A stretch of 64,000 bases of DNA from Candidatus Dormiibacterota bacterium (lineage in GTDB: Bacteria; Chloroflexota; Dormibacteria; Aeolococcales; Aeolococcaceae): assembly GCA_041691155.1 (NCBI GenBank), contig JBEPVD010000002.1, forward strand, positions 66,109-130,108, written 5' to 3'. Numbering within the stretch: the first letter of the stretch is position 1; every line of letters starts with the position of its first letter. The notes below the pieces were generated by a model. The model did no database searches, was not told where the DNA came from, and saw only the letters and a list, made by a program, of their open reading frames with translations. The position numbers were made by a program, and so were the translations under genes. Below are positions 16,404 to 26,047 of the stretch, piece after piece.

Positions 16404-17987
16404 CTAGTGCAGGACCCAGGAGCTGATGTCGTTATAGCGGGCTGACTCATCGCCGATTGCGGGGATCGGCGCAGTCGGCATTGGCGATCGGAAGACGAAC
16501 GACACCCGCGGCGTGTACAGAAAGACCGCCGGCGCATCATCGGCAAGCAAGGCCGTGACCCGTGCCGCCGCGTCCGCTCGAACGGAGCGGCCCGGGGACC
16601 GGGCGAGCATGTCGAGCGCCGCGTCAAGGAAGGGGTCGGCTGCGCCTGCCGAGACGTTGTAGCCATGCGGTGGCGTGGCCGTCGATCGCCAGAAGGCGCT
16701 CACGTCAGGATCCGGCGTGGGGCTCCAGGCGTCGATCGCCAGCTGGAAGGCCCCAGTCTCCAGCGTCCCGATCAGGAAGCTCTCCGGCGCCACCGTCTTG
16801 ATGGTCACCCGCACGCCGATCGCGTCCAGCTGGTTCGCGACCTCGGTCGCGACCACCGGGAGCGGGTTCAGCGACGGCACCGCCAGGGTGAACGCGAGCT
16901 GGGTCGAACCGCGATGCCGCACGCCGTCCGAGCCCAGAGCCCACCCGTCGCCCTCGAGCACCGTCTCGGCAACCGTCGGTGAGATCGCCGCGATGCTGCG
17001 AGCTTCGACCCACGGCAAGCCGTCGGAGAACGGACCGGTCTGCACCACGCCGCTGCGCCCGTCGAGGGCACCCGCCACCACCGCCGCCCGGTTCACGGCG
17101 ATGCCGATCGCATGCCGCACCACCGAGTCCGTGAGCCCCGGGACGTGCTCGTTGAACAGCAGGTCCACGAAGTCGGGCGTGGTCATACTCTCGGCCTGTG
17201 CGCCCTTGACCGCGAGTAGGGCCGCGAGCTCTTGCGGGGTGGTCGCCAGCACCGCCTGGACATTCCCTTGCGCGAATGCTGCCGCGGCGTCTTTGAAGGT
17301 GAGAAACAGCCGGAGCTCGTAGCTCTTGATGTTCGGCCGATTCGCGGCGTGAGGATTCGGCTGCAGGACCACGGAAAGGAGGGCCGTCGAGCCGACTTCG
17401 TACGACCCCGAGGTGGGGAGGGGAACGGTGGGATTCTTCGCCGCCGCGCGCAGGTCCGAGGGACTCATCGCACCGAGCGGCAGGATTGGCAGTTCGGTCA
17501 GTGTGGCGGCGAACGAAGCCCGAGGCGTCGCGAGCTTGAACGTGATGACCGGTCCCGCCACAGTCATCTTCACTCCCTTCAGCCCGGCAGCGAGTGTCGC
17601 ATCACCCGCCTGCGGCGACAGCGCGAACTGGAGGGTGGCCAGGACGTCCTGGGACGTGATGGGCGCCCCGTTCGACCACTCGGGGCCGGAAGCCAGCGTG
17701 ACGGTGTAGGTCAAGCCGTCTGGCGTCACCGCGTATGACGACGCGAGGTCCGTCGTGGGATACCCGGTCACGTCCAACCTGAGCAGCGAGCGGTACAGGA
17801 GGTGCCCGACATCGACAACCGCGGGATCCGACGTATCGATCAGCGGATTCAATGACAGCGGCCGCTCGTCGACGACCAGGCCTTCCGTGAACTGGGGTCC
17901 GCCGATCAGGCCGAAGTGGATCGAGAGCGCGAACCCGAGAGCCCCTACCCCGAGGAGGCCGAGGACGGTGCCGGCCAGGACCTCAAT
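16404..17987 (-). CDS. ABC transporter substrate-binding protein, family 5 (peptide/nickel type), N-terminally anchored; start codon unresolved
   Basis: SBP_bac_5-like blocks (DLASSYAVTPDGLTYTVTLASGPEWSNGAPITSQDV). Hydrophobic anchor VLAGTVLGLLGVGALGFALSI. No ATG/GTG/TTG lies between the secG stop and the anchor, so the 5' end is set provisionally at ATT 17985-17987. Confidence 0.7.
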   Translation of the reverse strand: MEVLAGTVLGLLGVGALGFALSIHFGLIGGPQFTEGLVVDERPLSLNPLIDTSDPAVVDVGHLLYRSLLRLDVTGYPTTDLASSYAVTPDGLTYTVTLASGPEWSNGAPITSQDVLATLQFALSPQAGDATLAAGLKGVKMTVAGPVITFKLATPRASFAATLTELPILPLGAMSPSDLRAAAKNPTVPLPTSGSYEVGSTALLSVVLQPNPHAANRPNIKSYELRLFLTFKDAAAAFAQGNVQAVLATTPQELAALLAVKGAQAESMTTPDFVDLLFNEHVPGLTDSVVRHAIGIAVNRAAVVAGALDGRSGVVQTGPFSDGLPWVEARSIAAISPTVAETVLEGDGWALGSDGVRHRGSTQLAFTLAVPSLNPLPVVATEVANQLDAIGVRVTIKTVAPESFLIGTLETGAFQLAIDAWSPTPDPDVSAFWRSTATPPHGYNVSAGAADPFLDAALDMLARSPGRSVRADAAARVTALLADDAPAVFLYTPRVSFVFRSPMPTAPIPAIGDESARYNDISSWVLH

Positions 17988-18010
17988 GGGTCGATGGCGG
18001 CGGAGCCACC

Positions 18011-18244
18011 TTACGTTGTGACGTAGGTTGCGAGGATCGAGACGATGATGAAGAGCGCGATCATCGCTGCGGAGAACCGCAGCAGGCTGGCCTCCAGGCC
18101 GCGCCGGCGCCGGTACCCGCCGCCCGAATCTCCTCCACCACCGATGGTACCGCCGAGGCCGGTGGCCTTCGGGGTCTGGAGGAGGATGCCAAGGACCGCG
18201 AGTACCCCGATGATCACCTGGGCCACGGCGAGAGCCGTCTTCAC
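18011..18244 (-). CDS. secG: preprotein translocase subunit SecG
   Basis: 77 aa. GTG start with AAGGAGG 8 nt upstream. VKTALAVAQVIIGVLAVLGILLQ...GLGGTIGGGGDSGGG...FSAAMIALFIIVSILATY (two TM segments plus a Gly-rich loop). Confidence 0.88.
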   Translation of the reverse strand: MKTALAVAQVIIGVLAVLGILLQTPKATGLGGTIGGGGDSGGGYRRRRGLEASLLRFSAAMIALFIIVSILATYVTT

Positions 18245-18367
18245 GCAACAACGCCTCCTTGACAACGCACGTCGCGAGTATAGGGGGATCGGCGCGATCT
18301 GCTCCCGCTCCGCCGTCCCACAACTGCTCTGGGACAATACGCTGATCTGTGGTAGCGTGTCTGCGAA

Positions 18368-19420
18368 ATGTCACATTGGTATGGATCGACGCGCCTTCGA
18401 GTGGCCATCGCCGTGGCGTTCGCGCTGCTCGCGGGCTTCGCGGCAGTGCACGCCCTCGCTGCCCCTCCCCCGTCGCTGGCGCGACTGCTCGGCCCCGCTC
18501 CGATGGTCAGCGTCGAGGACGATCAGATCACGCTCCTGCGCAGCGGGCCGGCCACCTTCGCGCGCCTCGTATCGCTGATCACCGGCGCGCACACGAGCGT
18601 CCACGTCGAGGTCTACGAGTTCAACCAGCAGGGCCTCGCCACTGCGCTCATCGACGCGCACTCGCGAGGTGTTGCGGTCACGGTCATCCACGATCGCTCG
18701 GAGTCGAGCAGCACCGCAACCGCATCGCGACTCCGCGCTCGCGGTATCGACGTCGTCGACTATCCGATACGATCGAAGATGATCGACCATGTGAAGTTGT
18801 TGGTTGTCGACGCGCACGTTGCGGTCGTCGGTGGCATCAACTGGGGCATCCGTTCGCCTGCGAATCACGACTATGACGCGGAGATACGCGGTCCGGCAGT
18901 GCGCAATCTCGAGCGAGTCTTCCTCCGCGACCTGGTCACCTGTGGGCGCCCGTCCTCAATCCCTGATCCCGTTGCCGACGCAGCGATCACTGTCGCCGCG
19001 ACACTTCCCGGCGCCGAGATTCGGCCGCTCGTGATGCAGATCATCGACCGCGCCGTGCACACGCTCGACCTCGAGTTGTTCGTGCTGACGGACACCGGCG
19101 TCGTGCATGCACTCGCTGCGGCCACCGAGCGAGGAGTGAACGTACATGTCCTCCTCGATCCCTCGCAGCCGTCGAGCAAACCGGCGTACGCGGCCCTCGC
19201 GGTCGACGATGTCAACGTACGCTGGTATCGCGGCGGCGGCGAACTCCTCCATGCGAAGGCGATCGTCGCCGACGCGCGCTCCGTCCTCTTCGGGAGCGCC
19301 AACTGGTCGGGAGGTGGCTTCGCCCGCAATCACGAGCTGGACATCGACCTGCCCTCAGCTCCCGTGGTGGCATTCCAAATGCTCGATCAGATGACCCTGG
19401 ATTGGGTGGCCAGCTCCTGA
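18368..19420 (+). CDS. phospholipase D family protein (two HKD motifs), secreted
   Basis: HKD motifs DHVKLLVVDAHVAVVGGINW and LLHAKAIVADARSVLFGSANWS. N-terminal signal LRVAIAVAFALLAGFAAVHALA. Confidence 0.85.
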   Translation: MSHWYGSTRLRVAIAVAFALLAGFAAVHALAAPPPSLARLLGPAPMVSVEDDQITLLRSGPATFARLVSLITGAHTSVHVEVYEFNQQGLATALIDAHSRGVAVTVIHDRSESSSTATASRLRARGIDVVDYPIRSKMIDHVKLLVVDAHVAVVGGINWGIRSPANHDYDAEIRGPAVRNLERVFLRDLVTCGRPSSIPDPVADAAITVAATLPGAEIRPLVMQIIDRAVHTLDLELFVLTDTGVVHALAAATERGVNVHVLLDPSQPSSKPAYAALAVDDVNVRWYRGGGELLHAKAIVADARSVLFGSANWSGGGFARNHELDIDLPSAPVVAFQMLDQMTLDWVASS

Positions 19421-19426
19421 GTCCAT

Positions 19427-19455
19427 TTGACAAACGACCGGTCTCGATATATCGT
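19427..19455 (+). promoter_or_regulatory. sigma-70-like promoter candidate for the PadR gene, with a palindrome over the -10
   Basis: TTGACA (19427-19432), a 17-bp spacer, then TATCGT (19450-19455). The palindrome CGATATATCG spans the -10. Confidence 0.35.
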
Positions 19456-19491
19456 TCGTGACAGGAATCAACCGCCTTGGAGCGAACCACG

Positions 19492-20217
19492 ATGACCAGA
19501 GAACGAAGCCACCCCACCCCCGCCGATGAGTGGGCATGGGCCCCACACGAGGCGGCGAGCCGTCTCCACCACCACCTGCGTGAACACCTCGAGCACGGCG
19601 CTCGCAATCACCACCTGCGCGAGCAGATCGAGCACGGTGCGCGGAACCGCCATCGGCGGGGATGGCCGCCCTTCGAACAGGCGGACTTCGGCCCCGGATT
19701 CGGCGGCCCCGGGGGATTCGGGCCCGGGTTTGGTGGCGGCCGTCGCGCCGCGCGCGGCGACGTCAGGGCCGCGATCCTGGTCCTCCTCGCGGAGAAGCCC
19801 TCGCACGGCTACCAGATCATCCAGGAACTCGAACGCCGGAGCGATGGCGCCTGGCGCGCCAGCCCCGGTTCGGTCTATCCGACCCTGCAGCAGCTCGAGG
19901 ACGAAGCGCTCATCCGCGCTGTCGAAGCTGACGGCGGACGGCGTGTCTTCGAGCTCACGGACACCGGCAAGGAGGAGGCGACACGCCTCGCGGCCGGCCC
20001 GGCTCCCTGGGCGGAGGCCGCGGGCTCCGTGGGCGACGACCATCGCGACCTGCGCGATCAAGCCTTTCAGCTGATCGCAGCAACCTGGCAGGTCAGCCGA
20101 ACCGGGAATGCCGCACACATCGCGGAAGCTCGCACCATCCTCCACGAGGCCCGTCGCAAGATCTATCTGCTGCTCGCCGGAGCCGAATCGTCCCCATCCG
20201 AAAAGACCGAGCAATAA
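19492..20217 (+). CDS. PadR family transcriptional regulator with a His-rich repeat and a Gly-rich N-terminal extension
   Basis: Winged helix AILVLLAEKPSHGYQIIQELERRSDGAWRASPGSVYPTLQQLEDEALI. ATG 19492 has GGAG 10 nt upstream (TTG 19477 also possible). Confidence 0.85.
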   Translation: MTRERSHPTPADEWAWAPHEAASRLHHHLREHLEHGARNHHLREQIEHGARNRHRRGWPPFEQADFGPGFGGPGGFGPGFGGGRRAARGDVRAAILVLLAEKPSHGYQIIQELERRSDGAWRASPGSVYPTLQQLEDEALIRAVEADGGRRVFELTDTGKEEATRLAAGPAPWAEAAGSVGDDHRDLRDQAFQLIAATWQVSRTGNAAHIAEARTILHEARRKIYLLLAGAESSPSEKTEQ

Positions 20218-20404
20218 GCGACAGACAGCTGTCGCGGCGGCCGGTGACGATACGGGTATGCCTCAGCACCCCGCCGTCATCGACGCCGCGACGCGTTTCC
20301 TCCGCACCAACCCTGAACTGCTCGCCTTGGCACAACGAGGCGCCGGCGACACCGGTCAGCCTGTCGAGGTTCTGCTGACCGACGCGGTCCGCCGGATCCG
20401 GCGC

Positions 20405-21232
20405 TCAGGGTTCGAGGCGATAACGAAGGAACAGGTGGTCGCCGGACCGCCGCACCGACTCCAGGGTCGCCTTGTGCAGAGCGCGCGGGTCGGCGGCCCA
20501 GCCGCTGATCAGCCCCGGCCGCGACTCGTCGTCCTCGCGTCCTGAGATCCGTGGCGACACGGTCAGGAAGAGTTCTTGGGCGGCATGCGCCGCGACGAGC
20601 AGCCCGAACAGTGACGGCCCGCCTTCGCAGAGCAGGACGCCCGGACCCGCGACCGTCGAGACAGCGGCAAGGAGCACCTCGGCACCGACTCCATGATCGT
20701 CACCAGCTTCGATAACCGTGGCGAGCGGGTGCGCAGCGCGAACCCGTGCAGCGCCTGCCGCTGAGGTGATTACGGCAACCTTCGTCGCCGGCTGATCCAA
20801 GGCGACGTGCTCCGGAAGATCGCCACTCGCCGACACGATCACGAGTGGCGCCGGCTCGGCGCTGCCGGTTCGCTCGGCCCGGTAGCTGCCGATCGCATCC
20901 GATTGATCGCCCGCCACCGCGGACGGGATCCATTGATGGCCGGGCGTCGCACGGAGAGTCCCGGCACCGATGATCACGGCGTCGCTGCTCGCGCGGAGCA
21001 GCGCCATGAGGTAGCGGTCCGCACGCGAACTGCCGCTGACGCTCGACGAGTCCGTTCCGTCGGGAATTCCCAGGGAAACGACGCCGTCGACGGTGGCGAC
21101 GAAGTTGGTCACGACGTATGGGCGTGGTGATTCGGGAAAGCGCAGCGGGCCGCCGTAAGGAACCTCAGCCCCGAGCGGCTCACCCTTGCCGGCGCCACTC
21201 AGGACCTGAAAGGTTGGTGGCGCCGCGGTCAC
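20405..21232 (-). CDS. RibD C-terminal domain / dihydrofolate reductase-like family reductase
   Basis: NFVATVDGVVSL, DAVIIGAGTLR and LLCEGGPSLFGLL blocks. GTG 21230-21232 lies 4 nt after the upstream stop. Confidence 0.78.
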   Translation of the reverse strand: MTAAPPTFQVLSGAGKGEPLGAEVPYGGPLRFPESPRPYVVTNFVATVDGVVSLGIPDGTDSSSVSGSSRADRYLMALLRASSDAVIIGAGTLRATPGHQWIPSAVAGDQSDAIGSYRAERTGSAEPAPLVIVSASGDLPEHVALDQPATKVAVITSAAGAARVRAAHPLATVIEAGDDHGVGAEVLLAAVSTVAGPGVLLCEGGPSLFGLLVAAHAAQELFLTVSPRISGREDDESRPGLISGWAADPRALHKATLESVRRSGDHLFLRYRLEP

Positions 21233-21236
21233 ACCA

Positions 21237-23888
21237 TCAGGCCGAAATGACAGGGATGCTGTTGAGCACGTCGTCAAGCATGCGCAGAAAGCGCTGCACT
21301 TTGACGGGCTTGGTGAGGTACGCATACGCACCCGCCGCGATCAGCTCCTTACGGCGCCGCTCGGTGGCATCGGCGCTGCACATCACGACGGGAATGCCGG
21401 CGGTGCGCGGATCCGCGCGCAACTGCGCCAGCACCTGGTCGCCTTGAATATCCGGGAGGTGCAGGTCGAGCACGATGAGATCCGGGTGGTGTTCGCGCGC
21501 GAGCTCGAGCGTGAGTCCACCTTGCATTGCCGTGAGCAGGTGAATCTGCGGGCGCATCGAGAACACCTCCTCCATCAAACCGATCGTGGCCAGGTTGTCC
21601 TCCACGTAGAGCACCGTCCGCTGACCGGTGATGATGGGCGGCGCGGCGGGCGGCTTGCGACGGGCGCGGGGCTTGGACGCGGCAGCCGGCGAACGATTGA
21701 GCCGGATCCAGAACGTGCTCCCGGCGCCCTGTTCGCTTTCCACACCGATAGTGCCGTCCATCGCCTGAACCAGCTTGCGAGTCAATGCCAGTCCAAGCCC
21801 GGTCCCCGGGACGGTGGTGCGCTCTGCGCCGAGGCGCTCGAAGGGTTGGAACAGACGCGCCTTCTCGTCCGGACCGAATCCCGGTCCGGTATCGCGAACC
21901 GAGAGGCGGACGTAGTCGCCGCGCGCCGGTGTTGATCCGCCGTCTGGCGCAGTGCCCCCCGCCTCGGACTCGCGAACCGCCTCGACGAAAATGTGCGCGT
22001 CGTTGCCCGAGTATTTCACCGCGTTCGAGAGCAGGTTGAGCAGTGCCTGCACAAGCCGCTGGCGGTCCGCGAGGACATATGCGTCGGCGCAATCCCCAAG
22101 CACGCGCGTGATCTTGATGTGGTGGCTGAGCGCTGAGGGCGCGACCAGGCGAACGCAATCCTCCACGGTCGTCTCGAGCGCAACCGGCTCCAGCGAGAAG
22201 CTCTCACGCCCCGACTCGATCCGCGCGATATCGAGCACGTCGTTCACCAGGCTCAACAGGTGCCCGCTGGCCTCCTGCACAGCCGCGATCGCCTCCGTCT
22301 GATCCTCGCGTGGCTCGCGCATCTCGAGCAGATCGCTGTAGCCGAGTATCGCGGTCAGTGGCGTGCGGAGCTCGTGGCTCATCCGCGACAGGTATTCACT
22401 CTTGGCCTGCGACGCCTGCTCGGCCACGTCACGCGCTTCACGGAGTTCCGTGGCCGCCAGCTTTTCGGCCGTGACGTCGCGCCCGATCTCGACGACGGCG
22501 TCGGGCCAGCCCACCGTGTCCTTCTGGAGCGCCCAGCGGGCGGCCACGTTGATCCGCCTGCCGTCTTTGGTGGTCTGGATGATCTCTCCGTCCCAGCGTC
22601 CGTCAGCGCGGAGCACGGTGAGAATATCGTCCCGGCTCTGGGGAAGTTCCGAGCGGAGCAACTCGGCGGCATCACGACCGATTGCTTCGTTGCTGCTCCA
22701 TCCATAGAGTTCCTGAGCGCCCTTGTTCCAGAAGGTGATGAGCTGTGTCCGCACGTTCCAGGTGGTCACCGAGTCGTAGGCGAGATCGAGGAGTTGCGCG
22801 CTGCGCCGCATTCGCTCGACGAGCAGGACGCGGTCGAGCGCGGGCGCGAGCGCGGTGCCGTACTGAGTGAGTCGCAGCGCCTCGTCGTCGCCGAAGAGCG
22901 GCGTGAGCGGTCCCGAGGTGACCGCCATCACGCCACGGCTCAGCTGCGCCTCGAGCACGACGCGGATCACGCCCGGCGAACTGGCGGAGGTCACGCCCAG
23001 GTTCCGGCCCCGGGCGAACCCGGTCATGTCGGAAACGAGCTTCCAGCCTTCGGCGCGGTCGAGACCGTGTACAGCGAGCACCTCGCCGTCGTCGGTGGCG
23101 ATCACCGCGCCGTCGGCGCCCACCAGGCGTGCCGCCCATTCGACCGCGCGCTCCGCAAGCCGCTGCCGGTCTGGCGCGTACAGGACGAGGTCGTTGAACG
23201 CCTCGCGGAAGCGGCCTTCCTCCTGTTGCCGCCAGAAGGCGCGCAACCATCGCGGTGGCTCGAAACCCACATAAAAGAACGGCAGAACCGCGAGTGTGGG
23301 CAGCGCGATCGTCCACTCCGGGTGCTGGTTGCCAAGCAGCAGGTCAGCGCCGATCGCGACGACGAGCACAGCGATTACCCCGACATAGGCGAGGGTGATC
23401 GAGCGCAGTCGTGCGCGCTGCACCGGGGGCATCGCCGCCGAGAAATGCCAGAGCCGGTATGCCGGCTCGACGACGCATGCGAGCCAGACAAGTGCGACGA
23501 TCGCGACGACCCATCGCTGTTGCGTCGAGTGCGCGCCGGTCAGCGAGGTGCCGGCAATACCCACAAGCACGATCGCCCCAGCCACTGCCGCGCTCATCGC
23601 AGCGGTGACGGCCGGCGCTATGCGGGTCATCGCCGCCCGGAACGCAAAGAATGCCCAACCGGACGCGAGGAACGTGCCGATGGCGAGGTCACTCGTCAGA
23701 ATCGAGCGCTCCGCGGTCAGCAGCGTCGCCGCCACGGCAACGCCACTGGCACAGAGCAGTCCGATGCTGAGTGCGAGGTAGGCGCGCGTCTGATCGCGCT
23801 GGCGCGACCAACCTTCGACGGTGAGCGCGCCAAGGAGGACACAGGCTCCCCCCACGGCCAACGACAACGCGAGGGTCGCAGTGCTCAA
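21237..23888 (-). CDS. hybrid sensor histidine kinase / response regulator with a multi-TM N-terminal sensor and a PAS region
   Basis: H-box SHELRTPLTAILGYSDLL. ATPase boxes LLSNAVKY, DTGPGF, GTGLGLAL. C-terminal receiver TVLYVEDN...DLIVLDLHLPD...LTKP. About six N-terminal hydrophobic segments. Confidence 0.9.
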   Translation of the reverse strand: MSTATLALSLAVGGACVLLGALTVEGWSRQRDQTRAYLALSIGLLCASGVAVAATLLTAERSILTSDLAIGTFLASGWAFFAFRAAMTRIAPAVTAAMSAAVAGAIVLVGIAGTSLTGAHSTQQRWVVAIVALVWLACVVEPAYRLWHFSAAMPPVQRARLRSITLAYVGVIAVLVVAIGADLLLGNQHPEWTIALPTLAVLPFFYVGFEPPRWLRAFWRQQEEGRFREAFNDLVLYAPDRQRLAERAVEWAARLVGADGAVIATDDGEVLAVHGLDRAEGWKLVSDMTGFARGRNLGVTSASSPGVIRVVLEAQLSRGVMAVTSGPLTPLFGDDEALRLTQYGTALAPALDRVLLVERMRRSAQLLDLAYDSVTTWNVRTQLITFWNKGAQELYGWSSNEAIGRDAAELLRSELPQSRDDILTVLRADGRWDGEIIQTTKDGRRINVAARWALQKDTVGWPDAVVEIGRDVTAEKLAATELREARDVAEQASQAKSEYLSRMSHELRTPLTAILGYSDLLEMREPREDQTEAIAAVQEASGHLLSLVNDVLDIARIESGRESFSLEPVALETTVEDCVRLVAPSALSHHIKITRVLGDCADAYVLADRQRLVQALLNLLSNAVKYSGNDAHIFVEAVRESEAGGTAPDGGSTPARGDYVRLSVRDTGPGFGPDEKARLFQPFERLGAERTTVPGTGLGLALTRKLVQAMDGTIGVESEQGAGSTFWIRLNRSPAAASKPRARRKPPAAPPIITGQRTVLYVEDNLATIGLMEEVFSMRPQIHLLTAMQGGLTLELAREHHPDLIVLDLHLPDIQGDQVLAQLRADPRTAGIPVVMCSADATERRRKELIAAGAYAYLTKPVKVQRFLRMLDDVLNSIPVISA

Positions 23889-23992
23889 GGCACGGTCAGT
23901 ATCAGCCCGAATACGCGAAATGCCCCGACTTCACCGTTTTGTGAAAGTCGCGTCCCCTGTTTCGCTTCGACGTCAGGCTCCGCGCCGCCGCC

Positions 23993-25081
23993 CTAGGCGT
24001 CCCCGAGAGCCTCGATGACTGCGTCCGCAACCTGTGATGTCCCCACGGCGGTGGGATCGTCGCGCTCCGGCTTCATGTCGTACGTGACGTTGCGCCCTTC
24101 CGCGATCACCTGCGCAATGGCCGCCTCCAGCCGGTTGCCCGCGTCACCCTCGCCGATATGCCGCAGCATGAGTACCCCGCTGAGCATCATCGCCATCGGA
24201 TTCGCCTTGTTCAGGCCCGCATATTTCGGGGCGCTGCCGTGGGTGGCCTCGAACACCGCGACGGTATCGCCGATGTTCGCACCTGGAGCCAGACCGAGGC
24301 CGCCGGTGAGACCGGCGCACAGGTCGCTGAGAATATCGCCGTACAGGTTCGGCATCACCATGACGTCATACAACTCAGGCTTCTGCACGAGTTGCATCGT
24401 CATGTTGTCGACGATGCGGTCCTCGAATTCAATCTGAGGAAACTCGCGACTCACCTCTTCCGCCACGCGCAGCCAGAGGCCGTCGGTGTGTTTCATGATA
24501 TTTGCCTTGTGCACGGCGGTCACCTTATGACGGCCGTTGTCGATGGCCCACTGAAAGCCGTACCGGAAGATGCGCTGTGTGCCGAAAATGGAAATCGGCT
24601 TGATGCTGATGCCCGCGTCCTTGCGAATGGCGCGTCCGCTGAGCCGCTCGATATCGTCGATCAGTTCGAGTGTCGGGGCCTCGCCTTCGGCGAACTCGAT
24701 CCCTGCGTACAGGTCCTCCGTGTTCTCACGAATGATCACCAGGTCGACGTCCTCGTAGCGGCTGCGCACGCCCGGATACGACTTGCAGGGCCGCACCAGC
24801 GCGTAGAGGTCCAGCTCGCGCCGCAACGCGACATTGACCGACCGGATTCCCTTGCCAATCGGAGTCGTCAGGGGCCCTTTGATCGCGACCTTGTTGCGCC
24901 GGATCGACTCGAGAACGTGCGCCGGGAGCGGGTCCCCGTGCTCCTCCATGACTCCAAGACCGGCGTCGTGCACCTCCCAGTCGACGGCGACACCCGTGGC
25001 ATCGATGACACGGCGGGCGGCAGTGCTCACCTCGGGTCCCACTCCGTCACCGGGAATCAAAGTGATCGTGTGTCGCGCCAT
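23993..25081 (-). CDS. NAD-dependent isocitrate dehydrogenase (isocitrate/isopropylmalate dehydrogenase family)
   Basis: [27 protein letters not shown] and [12 protein letters not shown] 25079-25081 has GGAGGG upstream. Confidence 0.85.
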   Translation of the reverse strand: MARHTITLIPGDGVGPEVSTAARRVIDATGVAVDWEVHDAGLGVMEEHGDPLPAHVLESIRRNKVAIKGPLTTPIGKGIRSVNVALRRELDLYALVRPCKSYPGVRSRYEDVDLVIIRENTEDLYAGIEFAEGEAPTLELIDDIERLSGRAIRKDAGISIKPISIFGTQRIFRYGFQWAIDNGRHKVTAVHKANIMKHTDGLWLRVAEEVSREFPQIEFEDRIVDNMTMQLVQKPELYDVMVMPNLYGDILSDLCAGLTGGLGLAPGANIGDTVAVFEATHGSAPKYAGLNKANPMAMMLSGVLMLRHIGEGDAGNRLEAAIAQVIAEGRNVTYDMKPERDDPTAVGTSQVADAVIEALGDA

Positions 25082-25185
25082 AGCTGTGCTGCCCTCCAAA
25101 ATGTCGGAAGCGCGAAGTGTGACAAACCAACCCGCCGCGCCGACTCAACTCCTCGGCCGCACTCGAGTCTGAGACACTGCGCCAT

Positions 25186-26046
25186 GTGTGGACCCGTGGG
25201 CTCGCGCGCTGGTACGCGACACATGGACGGCACGAATTGCCGTGGCGGGCGACCGCCGAGCCATGGGCGATCCTGGTCAGCGAGGTGATGCTCCAGCAGA
25301 CCCAGGTGGCTCGCGTGGCCGGTCGTTGGGAATCCTTTCTCAGTCGCTGGCCGACGCCCGCGGCATGCGCGGCAGCTCCCCTCCCCGAAGTCCTGCGTGA
25401 ATGGCAGGGCCTCGGGTACCCACGACGGGCGCGAGCGCTGCACGACACCGCGCGAGCGATTGCGGCCACCGGGTGGCCGGACACGGAAGCAGGGCTTCGA
25501 ACGCTCCCCGGTGTCGGCTGCTACACAGCACGAGCGCTTCGGGTGCTTGCCTTCGGCGATGCGACGGTCCCGCCGCAGGACGTGAACATCGCGCGTGTCA
25601 CGGCGCGGGCAGCCCTCGGTCGCGAGCCCGTTGAGGTCCGGCAGGCGTCGCTCGAGGAGCAGCTCGCCGCAGCCCGGCCGCGGACGCTGAGCCCACGCGC
25701 GTTCACGTACGCCCTGTTCGACACAGGCGCATTGCATTGCAAGGCCGTGCCGCACTGCCATGGGTGCCCGCTGGCGGCGGGGTGCGCCTCGCGTTCACGC
25801 CTGGCCACCGCGCAACCGCGTCCGCGACGCTCCACGCCGCGGTTTCAGGGAAGCACTCGCCAGCTCCGCGGTGCGGTCCTGCGCGAGATGCTCAGCGCGG
25901 ACCCGCCGAGGACCCTTGACGAGCTGCGCTCGCGCGCAGGCAAGGCCGCGGAGGGTCGCGAACCGGCTGAGGTCGGGGCGGCGCTCGACGCCCTGGTGCA
26001 CGAGCGTCTGGCGAGCCCGATGCTCGCTATGCGTAGGATCACCTGA
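25186..26046 (+). CDS. mutY: A/G-specific adenine glycosylase (MutY family, HhH-GPD)
   Basis: LPWR...PWAILVSEVMLQQTQV, WQGLGYPRRARAL, HhH LPGVGCYTARAL, and the four-Cys cluster CKAVPHCHGCPLAAGC. GTG start. Confidence 0.78.
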   Translation: MWTRGLARWYATHGRHELPWRATAEPWAILVSEVMLQQTQVARVAGRWESFLSRWPTPAACAAAPLPEVLREWQGLGYPRRARALHDTARAIAATGWPDTEAGLRTLPGVGCYTARALRVLAFGDATVPPQDVNIARVTARAALGREPVEVRQASLEEQLAAARPRTLSPRAFTYALFDTGALHCKAVPHCHGCPLAAGCASRSRLATAQPRPRRSTPRFQGSTRQLRGAVLREMLSADPPRTLDELRSRAGKAAEGREPAEVGAALDALVHERLASPMLAMRRIT

Positions 26047-26047
26047 C

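Noticed and set aside
20258-20545. ORF starting MPQHPAVIDAATRFLRTNPELLALAQ..., downstream of PadR.
   Set aside because: It has decent GC3 for about 50 codons, but it would overlap the convergent RibD_C-like gene by about 140 nt. It has no convincing RBS and no motif I recognise. It is left uncalled and could be a remnant.
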